The notes beneath the pieces are model-generated. The model did not search any database. It was given only the letters and a program-made list of their open reading frames with translations, and had not been told where the DNA came from. This document shows, one piece after another, positions 51,130 through 61,759 of a DNA stretch of 64,000 nucleotides. The DNA comes from Dicyema japonicum. Lineage: Eukaryota; Animalia; Dicyemida. The DNA is taken from positions 247,712 through 311,711 of the forward strand of contig RDEW01000007.1 in the NCBI GenBank assembly GCA_011109175.1, written 5' to 3'. A program made the position numbers and the translations under genes. Within the stretch, counting starts at the first letter, position 1. Every line of letters begins with the position of its first letter.

Positions 51130-52200
51130 ATTATCGCTGATCAATTCTATATTCAATATAATCTGATAATTTTTTACACACTTTGTCAATAGTTTATACA
51201 GATTAGGCAAACAAGTAGTTGGCCTTAACTCCTTGGGTGACACATACATCCACGTTTGGAATAATCCCAGTTAGAACCAATCACAAGGCGTATATTCATC
51301 ATTTATAATTTTCTTAATCTCCTCACAAAGATATCCATGAACCTAAGTTAAGTTCTTGATAGAAAAAGTGATAGACTCGATCACAACCAGATGTCTTCCA
51401 ATTTAGAAGCATCTTGATAGTCTCGGTGAGTTCCTCCTCAGTGAAATCAGCAAAAGAGTTCTCTGATCCAGTCACTCTTTTGCTAATAAAGAAATTGCTC
51501 TTCTTTCGTTCTTCCTTGTTCCAAATCTACTCCAAAATGGAAGACATTCCTCCTCATTGAACTTGATGATCGGCTTTTTATTATCTCCATTTATATTTCT
51601 ATAAAATCGCCTTCTATTTAATTCGAAGTACCAGTTTGTATATAAACCTCTTTCTCGATTTGTAAACTAGCAACTTCTCAACAATCTTTATTTGATTTCA
51701 AACATAGGAAGAAACCCTCTCGAATTCTCTCCTCTTCGATATTTCAAAGCCATATGAGCATAAGGTATTGCGTATTTCTTCGTCAAATTGATTCTTCCAT
51801 TCAATTCACAAGCCAATTGAATTTGCTCAAGTTGTTGCTTAAGTTTAGTGAGTTTGCCTTTCATTGATTCTTCCCAACTACTTTTAGTGTTTTTCTTCTT
51901 GGTAAGAGCCTCATAAGTGTACTGCCCAGCAGATATTGTGATATCGTTGATATCCAACATGACAACGAATATTCCTTGATTCTTCCATTAATAGTAGGAA
52001 TCCGAAGGTTCCTTCTTGTGGCGAGTTCTTCCTAGTAGGAATACGAAGGTTCCTTTTTGTGGTGAGTAATTTCCCAATTTTGCAAGGAAACTCATCAAAA
52101 CATTTTCCAAAATTTTAAACTACTACCAACTGTTTTTCTTTCACTGATATAGCACAAAGTGATTCACTGAACTTGAAGGAGAGCAACACTTAAAATTAAA
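51130..52200 (-). mobile_element. R4/Dong-like RLE-type non-LTR fragment (N-terminal region and RT start)
   Basis: SWEESMKGKLTKL, FTEEELTETIKMLLNWKTSGCD (R4-type NWKAPG) at about 51440-51380, and KELRPTTCLPNLYKLLT at about 51230-51185. Confidence 0.6.
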
Positions 52201-52608
52201 AATGGACTTTGATGTCCCGAATTTCAAGTTAAAAGCTTTTATAAATCAATTAAAGTAATTTAATCAAATGTCTAGAAAATATCTTTATAGCACAAACATG
52301 TAATAAATATAATTTTTCTTTTTTAAAATGAACATAAAATGAGTATAAATAAAATTTAAATGTTTAAAAATTATCTTAACATTTAATTTTTATCCCTATA
52401 TTATTTTTTCTAAACGAGTTGTCGCTTAATTTTATCTTGGCAAGTTTGGGAACAAATCCAATCTAGANTTTAAAATGAACATAAAATGAGTATAAATAAA
52501 ATTTAAATGTTTAAAAATTATCTTAACATTTAATTTTTATCCCTATATTATTTTTTCTAAGCGAGTTGTCGCTTAATTTTATCTTGGCAAGTTTGGGGAC
52601 AAATCCAA

Positions 52609-53135
52609 TCTAGAGTCCAAGCTCAAAAGGGTCTTCTTTTCCCGCTGATTTTCCCTGGTCCGTTACCCCGGCTGTGATTTTGCTAGAGTGCTGATAGAGA
52701 CAGTGGGAATCTTGTTAATTCATTCATGCGCGTCATCAATTAAATTACGAGGCATTCGGCTACCTTAAGAGAGTCATAGTTACTCCTGCCGTTCACCTGT
52801 GCTAAAGTGAATCTCTTCAAGCTGANATCCAATCTAGAGTCCAAGCTCAAAAAAGTCTTCTTTTCCCGGGTCCGTTACCCCGGCTGTGGTTTCGCTAGAG
52901 TGCTGATAAAGACAGTGGGAATCTCGTTAATTCATTCATGCGCGTCATCAATTAAATTACGAGGTATTCGGCTACCTTAAGAGAGTCATAATTACTCCCG
53001 CCGTTCACCTGTGCTAAAATGAATCTCTTCAAGCCGACATTCAGGGCACTGGGCAGAAATCACACTGCGTCAAAACCGTCACCGGGTATCGCACTGCCTT
53101 GTTGTTATTATGCTGTCAGGTTCCAGTTCTCATTT
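52609..53135 (-). rRNA. 28S: Isolated 28S rRNA fragment (domain IV), present as two overlapping copies either side of an n gap; not a full rDNA unit
   Basis: Reverse complement of the conserved core: CCCAGTGCCCTGAATGTC, AACGGCGGGAGTAA(T/C)TATGACTCTCTTAAGGTAGCC, GACGCGCATGAATG, GAGATTCCCACTGTC, GAGCTTGGACTCTAG. Confidence 0.9.
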
Positions 53136-53859
53136 TTTTGCCTGTTTGGCGAGTTGTCACTCAGCTCTTTTAAAGAATAATAAAAGATAACAAAATTATA
53201 TTTAATTTAATTAATGAGATAATTGACCCTACATTTCCTTCGCCAATATTGTTATGTCGGGTCGTAACTGTTCATAAAAACCTGATCCGTACCTTTAAGG
53301 TTACATGACTCATCTACTCCGATTGAGATTGCAGAAGCTATTTTGAGGCAATCAACTTGTTGCATTGTCACATTGCAAGACATCTTATTAGTCATCTTCG
53401 TAATTGTTCTGCGGATTACGCTGTATTTTTAATTTGATTTAAAATCTCTTTTTTATTCGTAGAATTTGGAATAGTTGTTTTGACAATTTTAGAAAACAGG
53501 ATTTGATGTATTCACCATCTTTGAATGGTTTCCCATTTTTACAATCTCGTGGCTGACGATGAAGCTGCCAATATATGTAGTCCTAGCAGACTGCTCCCAA
53601 TACTTTCAATTTTAATATTATATATAGTTCTTCACAACTAGTTTTCGTGAATCACCAATTGGATATTTCCTTCAAAAATCCAGACTAACTTAAAGTGTTT
53701 CTCCATATTTGACTTGTTGAATGTTTAGTGGCAAATGAGACATTTTGAAAGGTGATCAGATATAATGGCAAAACTCTCAGTTCATTGAGGTCGAAAAAGA
53801 CGTTTTCAATCAATTTTTACTTAATTTTTTCTTTATAGACATAGGCCTCTAAGCCTGGA

Positions 53860-54180
53860 AATCACTGACGCCCGGTGGAGACTGTTTGGTCACGTACTAC
53901 GCATGGATCTTGCTGCCCCGGCTAATGTGGCGATGGAGGACCATTTCATGTTCGAGGGCAAATGCTTCCGTGGCAGACCAAGGATGACCCTACCTATCAT
54001 GCTGCACAAAGACCTCCAAAGGATGAAGAAATGCCTAAAGACGGGAGACGATCTGGACATGCTGAGATCGACTGCGTGTAACCGTGGAGGATGGAATAGG
54101 CTAACTAATAACATTGTTTCTTGTATTGCACATGCTTTGCTATAACTATTATGGCAAGGCGATAAGTCCTGTAATAATAA
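53860..54180 (+). mobile_element. RTE 3' end, 5'-truncated
   Basis: RWRLFGHVLRMD..RGRPRMTLP..DDLDMLR, and the GCTATAA-CTA-TTATGGC hairpin at 54139-54155. Confidence 0.8.
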
Positions 54181-54314
54181 GACATAAATGAAGAGCCACA
54201 AACAGAATTTTGATTAAGATTTTTAAAATCAAAATATGTAATAATAAAATATGTTTAATTATCTCCATAGTAAAAAAGTGGAAATCTTTTCACAATCTAA
54301 ATAACAATCTCGGT

Positions 54315-54630
54315 ACGCGCGCCGTGTGGTGCTGCGTAACTCTTTGGTTGAAGTTTTCTGTTTGTTTGTTCCTCCTCTCTTCCTACTAAGTGGAGTCATG
54401 TGATCCATATGTCTAGGTGCTACCAGTGCCTAATTGGTGCGAAAAAGGATAATTTACTCTCCCCCACTCCACTGGAGGGGATTCCACAACTGTAAGTGAT
54501 TCACTTCTTTTACCCTTTATGTCGATTCCGGATGGACTCTTATTGTAGAAGTGGACTGGGTACACTTAACTAGTTGTTTACTTTAACTGCTTTTCTGGTG
54601 TATCCGGGGTTAATAAAAGTAAAAAAATAA
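54315..54630 (+). repeat. About 320-bp dispersed repeat, copy 2
   Basis: Aligns with 36225-36560 (-). Stem at 54558-54605 and a GGGGTTAATAAAA tail. Confidence 0.75.
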
Positions 54631-55079
54631 AAGAGCCTAGGTTCCCAACCCCTAAAAAAGGTAATAGAAAAGACTCCTTTGTTATTCCGTTTGGTAGAAA
54701 TTTTGTTATGGATTTGTACTAAAACCCCTTCTCCGTCGAAACTTTCAATTATTTTTTTATTTCATTGTAAATTTTGCAATAATAGCTGGTATTTTCCATC
54801 CAACTCCCAATTTTGTTAGAATAATTTCTGTTGGATACCCAATTTCACCAAATATTTTTCTCGTCTCTTGTTTTTGACAGTTTCATCCTTTATCGATAAA
54901 ATTAAAAAATCTACATCATTAAAATATCCTCGTAAATTAAGGCAACAGTTGTGAGATGAAGAAATCATGCAAATTCGTGTATGAAACCTTCAACACTTGT
55001 GGGCAGCTACCATTAGCTATCCACATCCGATATCAGTAATATAAAATTTTTTTCAGCTCTAAAATAAATTTAATTTATT

Positions 55080-55320
55080 TTCCCAGAGATCACGAGAAAA
55101 ATGATCTATTAAGTGATCCCGATGTCCATACCAGTCCTTTTCCTGTGGTTAGTTTTGGAGTCTTGGATTAATCTCCACAAGGGGGAAGGTTTCTTCTCGT
55201 ATCTTTCGTCCATGTATGGTTTGATGTCCGGTCTGAGGAGGTGGTCAAAGGACTTTGCCATATCCAAGTTACGTTCCGTAAAGTATCTCATGATTGGGTA
55301 GTAATGAAGTGGACGTCTTT
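55080..55320 (-). mobile_element. LINE 3' end fragment
   Basis: ...RKRTGMDIGIT* followed by the GGGATCAC/GTGATCTC stem at 55120-55086. Confidence 0.6.
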
Positions 55321-55399
55321 TTAGAAGATCTAAATAATGTTCTAAAAAATGGGTTTTGTAGTACTTCCAGTTTGGAACATACTGCGTGACTCACCTACG

Positions 55400-55800
55400 T
55401 GGTGGCATTGCCCACTTGAAGTGTTAAAAAAAAATCGCAAACTCCTTATCCGCAACCATGGAGACGAGGATGGTATCGGATCCTGCTCCTTTCCAGTAGA
55501 GACATCGAGGAAAATCCTGGACCAGATCTAATATGTAATAAATGCACGTATAACCTCAAAAATAGCTTAATTCTGTCAAGCTGCCTTCGGCATATATTTT
55601 ACTCTTTTTCAGCAAGCATAAGTAAAAGAAAGATGATGTCCAATACCCTCGACCAAGTCTCGTAATCCATTACTGTTCAACTTATGCAAAAGAATATTGG
55701 ATTCTACAAAAGCCTTACTGACCTTATGATCCATGAGTCGGCAGATGGGGCGGGAAATCAGTAAATTTTATTGTGTTGACATCTGTAAGAAATGTAGTAA
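55400..55800 (+). mobile_element. LINE 5' fragment encoding a canonical 2A-like peptide
   Basis: PQPWRRGWYRILLLSSRDIEENPGP DLICNKC. The nucleotides match 32915-33018. Confidence 0.7.
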
Positions 55801-56099
55801 TAAAATAATAAACCTGCTAATTTGATATGCTTATTAGACGATCGGTATGATTCAATAAAAAATTGATTTTTTGCAGTTACAAATGTCACACATAAATTGC
55901 AAAAATTACCTTGTCAGTTGATTGAAAATTAATCAGGATATTTTCTAACAACAGACTTAATACTTTCAATGTCATTCTTTATTGAACGTGGCATCACAGT
56001 AAATAATGATAATTGATCACACGCTAGTATTTTATTTAAAACTTAACAAAATTAAAAAATAAAAATCAATAAAAATCAATAAAAATTTTGAATTCATTA

Positions 56100-57500
56100 T
56101 AATTTTAAGCACTTATCACCTTGCCATAATGGTTATAGCAAAGCATGTGCAACACAAGAAACGATGTTATTAGTTAGCCTTTTACATTCTCCACGGTTAC
56201 ACGTAATCGATCTCAGATCGTCCAGATCGTCTCCCTTCTTTAACAATTTCCTCACTCTTTGGAGTTCTTTTTGCAGTAAAGAGTTTTATCTTGGTCGGAC
56301 ACGGAAGCATCTCCCCTCGAACATGAAGTGATACTCCATCGCCACATTCGCTGGGGCAACGAGATCCATACTCAGGATGTATCCAAACAGTCCCCACCGG
56401 GCGTCAGAAACCTACTCTTGCATTTTTTTGCAGGGCACTTCATGCCAACTAACACTGTAAGCTTTCTTTTGTGAGACGCATCGAGAGCCATCGATTCCAC
56501 AATGAAACAGATCCAGTACCAGCATTATATGTGAGTATTGGTTTCCCAAATGTAGATTAACATCAAGTCCCTTTAACCATCCCTTTTTTAGTTTTTGCTT
56601 CGATACTCCTGCAAGTGTTTCCTTTTGATGATGTCTTTTGTGTCTCCCAGTAAAAATACAAGCTTACAACATGTTGTCAACATTTATAAAGGATGTTGTC
56701 CATTCTTTTGATTTTGGTTTTTTCGACTTTGTCCCGGTTTACGATTTGAATTATTCACCCAAGTTTCCCGGTGTATTTTCCAGTAGATGTGAGAGCTTTT
56801 GTATTCTCGGATATGAAATCCACATCATCCGCGTACACGACTTCCTCTATTTTTCCTTCGTAACACGTTCTTAGATCCCTTAGTGGGGCTTCGAGATATA
56901 TCACAAATAGTAAAGGAGAGAGAATCTCACTGAAGAGTGCCGAAGGTAGTTTTGAAAGGCCTGGAAATAGTTCTTCCAATCCTGACTGAAGATCAGTACT
57001 AGATAGCTTTACTCGGATAATCTTTTGCAATGGTTGGTCCACAAATTGTTGTAGGATGTCCGTTAGCTTGTGTCTGCTAATATTGTCGAAAGCTCTTGAC
57101 ATATCGATTTCTAGGAGGATCGTGGCATTTTTATATATTTGAGTTGTTGCATACCGCCACCTATGGCTCCACAGTATGTCAACTGTCGACCTTCCTTCAC
57201 GAAATCCGCTATGGCTTGCTGACAAGTATTTTCCTGTGTGATTCTTTAAGCGGTCCAAAGCAACAGATGCAAGAACTTTGCGTAATGTGCTTAAAAAATA
57301 TGACTTTATGTAGGTCATTTTGGTTTGCCATGTTTTGTACAGCATACATATCCCTTTTCCCAGGGGTAGGACAGAGTTAGATGTAAACATCCATTAAACA
57401 ATGTCCCAATTGATTCGAGAAGTGCACAGACGTGTTAGATCACTCTCAGAGGTCCACATTTCAGCAATTTGGGGAGATAATATCTGGTCCAGCGCTCCTT
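56100..57500 (-). mobile_element. RTE-clade LINE, 5'-truncated, decayed
   Basis: HSGFREGRST, EIDMSRAFD, YADDVDF at about 56830, and a 3' hairpin at 56123-56139. Confidence 0.85.
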
Positions 57501-57949
57501 AACTTTATTAACCTAAAAAATAGATTTTGACTTTTTTGACTTAATAACTGTGGATTAATATAATATTTTTATAAGTTTCAAACAATTTTAAAGAACACAC
57601 CAATTTTTACAGTATTGACAAAAATCGACCCAGTCATAATCAAACATGTCAGTATTAAAACATTTATGAGCTATCATGCTCCAGCTGTCAAAAGACGGTG
57701 AGCATTGTTAAAGATTCGGGTCACTCCCAGGCCGTCTAAACCACCGCCTCGTGTTGCAATCGGATTTCCGATTTCGTTGACAATTAATTCACCAATGCAC
57801 CTAACATACCATGCTCACATTTTTTATATTGGTTCCACATTTTTAAATCGTGGTTGTCACGTGACTAATTTTAATAATAAGCAGACGGTAAGGAAAATTC
57901 ATTGATGAATAGTAAATTAAAATGATGCACATTTGCAAAAAGTAAGTTA

Positions 57950-58330
57950 TATCCTTACTGTCGTTATTGCCACCCCCGGATGATCAAGTCTGTCAGACTC
58001 CTCTTCGCTCTTCTGAGATTGCGACTTCTCGGAAGCTGTCTAGATCATCTGCGTCTTCTAATGCCATTTTATCATGTTTTAGATCGATCTTCATTATTGA
58101 GGGCAAATTTGTTCGTGGTTTCCTTCTAAAAGCTCCTGAGCAGAAGTATGATTCCATAATATCGTATGAAAGAACGGCAGAATTAATCCGTAATATGTGT
58201 CCAAATAATCCACATAGGGTGTTAGTAATATTAAGCACGATTTCTCCAGGGTGTGTTTAGACATACGTGCATCACTTCAGCCAATTTGACGGATAGTAAA
58301 TATCCAGGATATTCGCAGTCGTCTACCATG
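57950..58330 (-). mobile_element. RTE 3' fragment inserted in duplication B copy 2
   Basis: GLFGHILRI..RRKPRTNLP..ADDLDSFRE. Absent from copy 1. Confidence 0.7.
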
Positions 58331-58339
58331 GCCACTATA

Positions 58340-58560
58340 ATAAAACTACATATTTAGATTCCCGGTTCAGTTGGAACCTCTCGGGGGACCTCAACCAACA
58401 AAAGACCCGACGGGAGAACTCTCTTCCAGTGAGAGAGTCATAGATACTTAAGGGCAAGACCTCTTAACAAAAAAAATACGAAAGTCTCATGGACAGTTAT
58501 TTTTGAACCAGTCAGCCTCGAGACATCAGGGGTCATTAAGCAAGATCATAGCTAACAATC
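58340..58560 (+). mobile_element. CRE RLE fragment, paralog of 43426-43790
   Basis: NKRPDGRTLFQ. Nucleotide similarity to 43440-43560. Confidence 0.55.
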
Positions 58561-59079
58561 TTGTGGACCTGGCCACGTGGTTCCTATCGCTGGTCTAATC
58601 TCCAAAAACACATTTTAAATATAAAATTAAAATTTCGACTTCTAACTGAGAACCAGCCTACATGCTCCCTTGAATTTACGTCGCGATGAATTTACTGGTT
58701 ACCGAGATTTTGGGTGTCTTTTAAGTTCTCACTTCGTCCATGCTAAGAGAAATGGATATTTAAGCTTTCATCCGACCAAAGAAGACATTTCGTGCAATAA
58801 AGGTACTTCACCACTTCAACAATCTGATCAATTAACCTCTCGGCGATCTGATCAATAATTATGCCTGCGTAAGAACTGACCCAGTTTACTGAAAGTAAAA
58901 CGGTTAATCCAAACGAGAAGGGAATGGAAGTGGTAAAATACACCCATATAATCATGAAGATCAATATTTCTAATGTAATTATGAATCAAGAAATTAAATT
59001 ACATTAAAATATGCAAATAACCTTAAAATATGCGACCTTTGGAAATATAAATTAAACAAGCCAGCGTATTTGCTTTATT

Positions 59080-60926
59080 ATGCCGCAGTCTATTGACAGA
59101 AATGAAGATGGATTTGAAGAGGAGGCCTTAACTAACATGATTTCTCAAGTCAAGGCTCCAGAAGGAGAATACGGATGGGTGATCGTGGTTGTTTACTCGT
59201 TTATTTCGTTTTCCTTCGCAGGATTTGCTAGCTCGAGTGGAATGATAATTAAAAAAGTCATTGTTGGATATGAAAACCAAAATTCAAAGAGTACCATTAT
59301 TCCACCTCTGCTTTTCCTCATGTCAAGCCTAATTGGTAGACCAATTTTCCTTATTTTAGCTTTACCGTCAGCTATTCTTCTTAAGTATACCACACCAAAG
59401 ATTCTGGTGATAAGTTCAGGGTTGCTTTTGTCGACTTCGCTTATTTCAACATATTTCGTCGGTATATACGAACTGTATTTTCTGACAATATCGATATTAC
59501 CAGGTATTTGTTTAATACACATTAGGAATTGGCTTTGGGATGGCCTTCTTCGCTTCCAATGCTCAACTCAGTGTTTATTTTAATAAGAAACGACCTATTG
59601 CCATCGCTGTTATTTCTGTTGCGCGAGGAATCGGTTCATTTGTCATCCCAATCGGAATCAAAGAACTATTCAGTTTTTTGACATTCAATTTGATTATCGC
59701 AATCTTTGGATCTTTCACTTCTATCATCTTATTATTGGGATTTTTTATTAGTCCCCCCAGACTATCACACAAAGACGGATCTGATGTCAAAGAATACGCC
59801 TCTAAAATGGTCAAAAAATACTGCCAAGACCATCAAAGTGAGGAACAGAGAGGACAAGAAAATGCCAAGTCTAAAAAGTATTTTTTGGTTTTTCATCAGA
59901 AATGGTTCAAAGAATAAGACAAAGATACACTTCCATCTGAAGGAACCGATTCAAGGTGATGCTTATGAAAATATGGATGTCAATGAAATGTGGACGAATT
60001 TGTTTGCAAAATTACGAGAAAAGAATAAATCTGACCAATCCATAGAAAAAGTAATGACTAAATGGCTAAAATGTGCATTATTGAATCCCGTTAATCGAAT
60101 GGATATGCTTTTGGAGAGTAGTCGTAAAACTATACCCGTGGATGGATCTGGCAATATTGGAAAATGTTCTAGCTTTCTTAAAACACCAAAAATTCAAAAA
60201 TCATACAAAAACCAAAAAATTGTCCATAAAAAGTCAGTAAAAAAAACAGCCGATGAACCGAATAAGATATTTATTTTCTTACTCACCTTATCTTCTTTTA
60301 TGTCATCTTCAGTGGGCGCAATCATTTTGGTATATGTTGGTGAATACTCCAATTCTGATAATGGCAATTATCTGCCGTCATCCATAGGTTGGAATTTTTA
60401 GATGTTAATATATAGGAATTGGGGGTATGGTCGGGCAGTTGTTCGCAGCTCTTTTGTTGGTTAAGTTTAACTTTGAACCTTATCCAATGATGTTCATATC
60501 GATGGTTGTGTCCTCTGTGGCGTATTTGGTTTTCTCTTTCATTGAAGGTAATTTTACGGCATTAATTGTTGTCTGTGTTATTTTCGGAATATCTTCTGGT
60601 TGTTTCCTGTCTATAAAACTTTAGGTGTGATTGGGAATACATTCCAACTGATCGTTTTGGATTACTCTGGAATGACTAAATTCACGTTGATTTATTCGAT
60701 AATAATTGTAAGTAATGGAATCTCTACCTTTGTTGGTCTGTACGTTACAGGTTAGATCATTAATTAAATAGGATTCCTATATTCTCAAAAATATTTTGAC
60801 ATCTCCCAAATCTTATTTTTTTCGTGCTGGATTAGTGTGGGTTCTACTATAATATTTTCGCTGATATTTATTATTACAAAGTGTTCAGGAAAAAAAAACG
60901 CGATCACTCCTGAAGGGAGATCATAA
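59080..60926 (+). CDS. SLC16/MCT-like MFS transporter, copy 2 (more intact)
   Basis: APEGEYGWVIVVVYS (MCT PDGGWGW-type motif), GIGFGMAFFAS..YFNKKRPIAIAVISVARGIG, central loop, further hydrophobic helices, introns of 21-27 nt. One homopolymer shift near 59885. Confidence 0.75.
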
Positions 60927-61019
60927 CACGGCTAACTCTATTATTTGATTTATTTTTAGAATTTTTGGTTTTTTCTTTTTTTGATTTCATAATTGTAGTA
61001 CTCTACCACTAATTCGGTT

Positions 61020-61410
61020 TTTAGAATGAGACTAACTCTGATTATGTGACTCAGGATTCAAATGTATGGGGTTACGAACAATTGAAGGCGTCACTAAGAG
61101 GGTCAAGTATTTAAATGAATGGGTTCTACAAACATTGGATGGTGTCANGGTCTTTAGAATGAGACTAACTCTGATTATGTGACTCAAGGATTCAAATGTA
61201 TTGGGGCTACGAACAATTGAAGGCGTCACTAAGAGGGTCAAGTATTTAAATGAATGGGTTCTACAAACATTGGATGGTGTCACTTAGAGGGTTAAGGATT
61301 AAATGAGTGGGGATTTCAAGCTATGGAATGTGTCACTTACAGGGTCAAGGATTTAGATAAGTGGGTGCTAATACAGTGGAAGCTGTCATTTAGGGAGTCG
61401 ATGCATTCGA
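61020..61410. repeat. About 54-bp diverged tandem repeat (minisatellite)
   Basis: Units of GTCACT(T/A)A(G/C)AGGGTCAAG(G/T)ATTTA(A/G)AT(G/A)A(A/G)TGGG...GGA. Part of the apparent copy number is duplication across the n at 61148. Confidence 0.7.
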
Positions 61411-61759
61411 ATGTAGATATTTTGATAATTTGGAGATTATAATACTACCCTATCATTGATTGGGGTAGCAAATAATCAAAAAATAATGAAAGTTACTTAG
61501 GCAGAACGCTGGCCTACATCCAGAAAGCTGCTATTTTCTCCTTTACAATAACCCTCACTTGTCTCAGTAATTTTTTTAGTCCTCATTTAACTTCACGTTG
61601 ACCTCATATGAAGAGCAACTTTATAGAGGATCATCTCATCTTTTCTACATCAAAATAATTAAGTTGAGTTAAAAAAGTTATTATAAAGTAAACACTCCAA
61701 ATTAAGTGATGGGGGAAGTAATATAAAACGGTAGGGCTTGGCAACCAAACTTCTCATGT

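Larger units (their letters stand above)
57828..61575 (+). repeat. Segmental duplication B, copy 2 (with an extra RTE piece and a minisatellite)
   Basis: Colinear with 43285-46730. Confidence 0.85.

Noticed and set aside
52561-53158. GCGAGTTGTC direct repeat (52561 and 53149) flanking the 28S fragment as a possible TSD
   Set aside because: Both copies may lie within diverged rRNA or duplicated flank, and the fragment boundaries are not sharp enough to call it.
1950-59890. Single-base frameshifts in otherwise intact genes (HIBCH about 1955, DDX10 about 3815, LCAT-like about 8450 and 8820, BICD about 29530, SPRTN about 31048, MCT about 59885), suggesting programmed frameshifting, RNA editing or mass pseudogenisation
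   Set aside because: Each lies in a homopolymer run, and where a paralog exists it shows the in-frame length. Sequencing or consensus error is the simpler explanation.
61020-61410. CRISPR-like appearance of repeated GTCACT..AGGGTCAAG units
   Set aside because: The intervening sequence is itself homologous between units, so there are no unique spacers. The context is eukaryotic and there are no cas genes.
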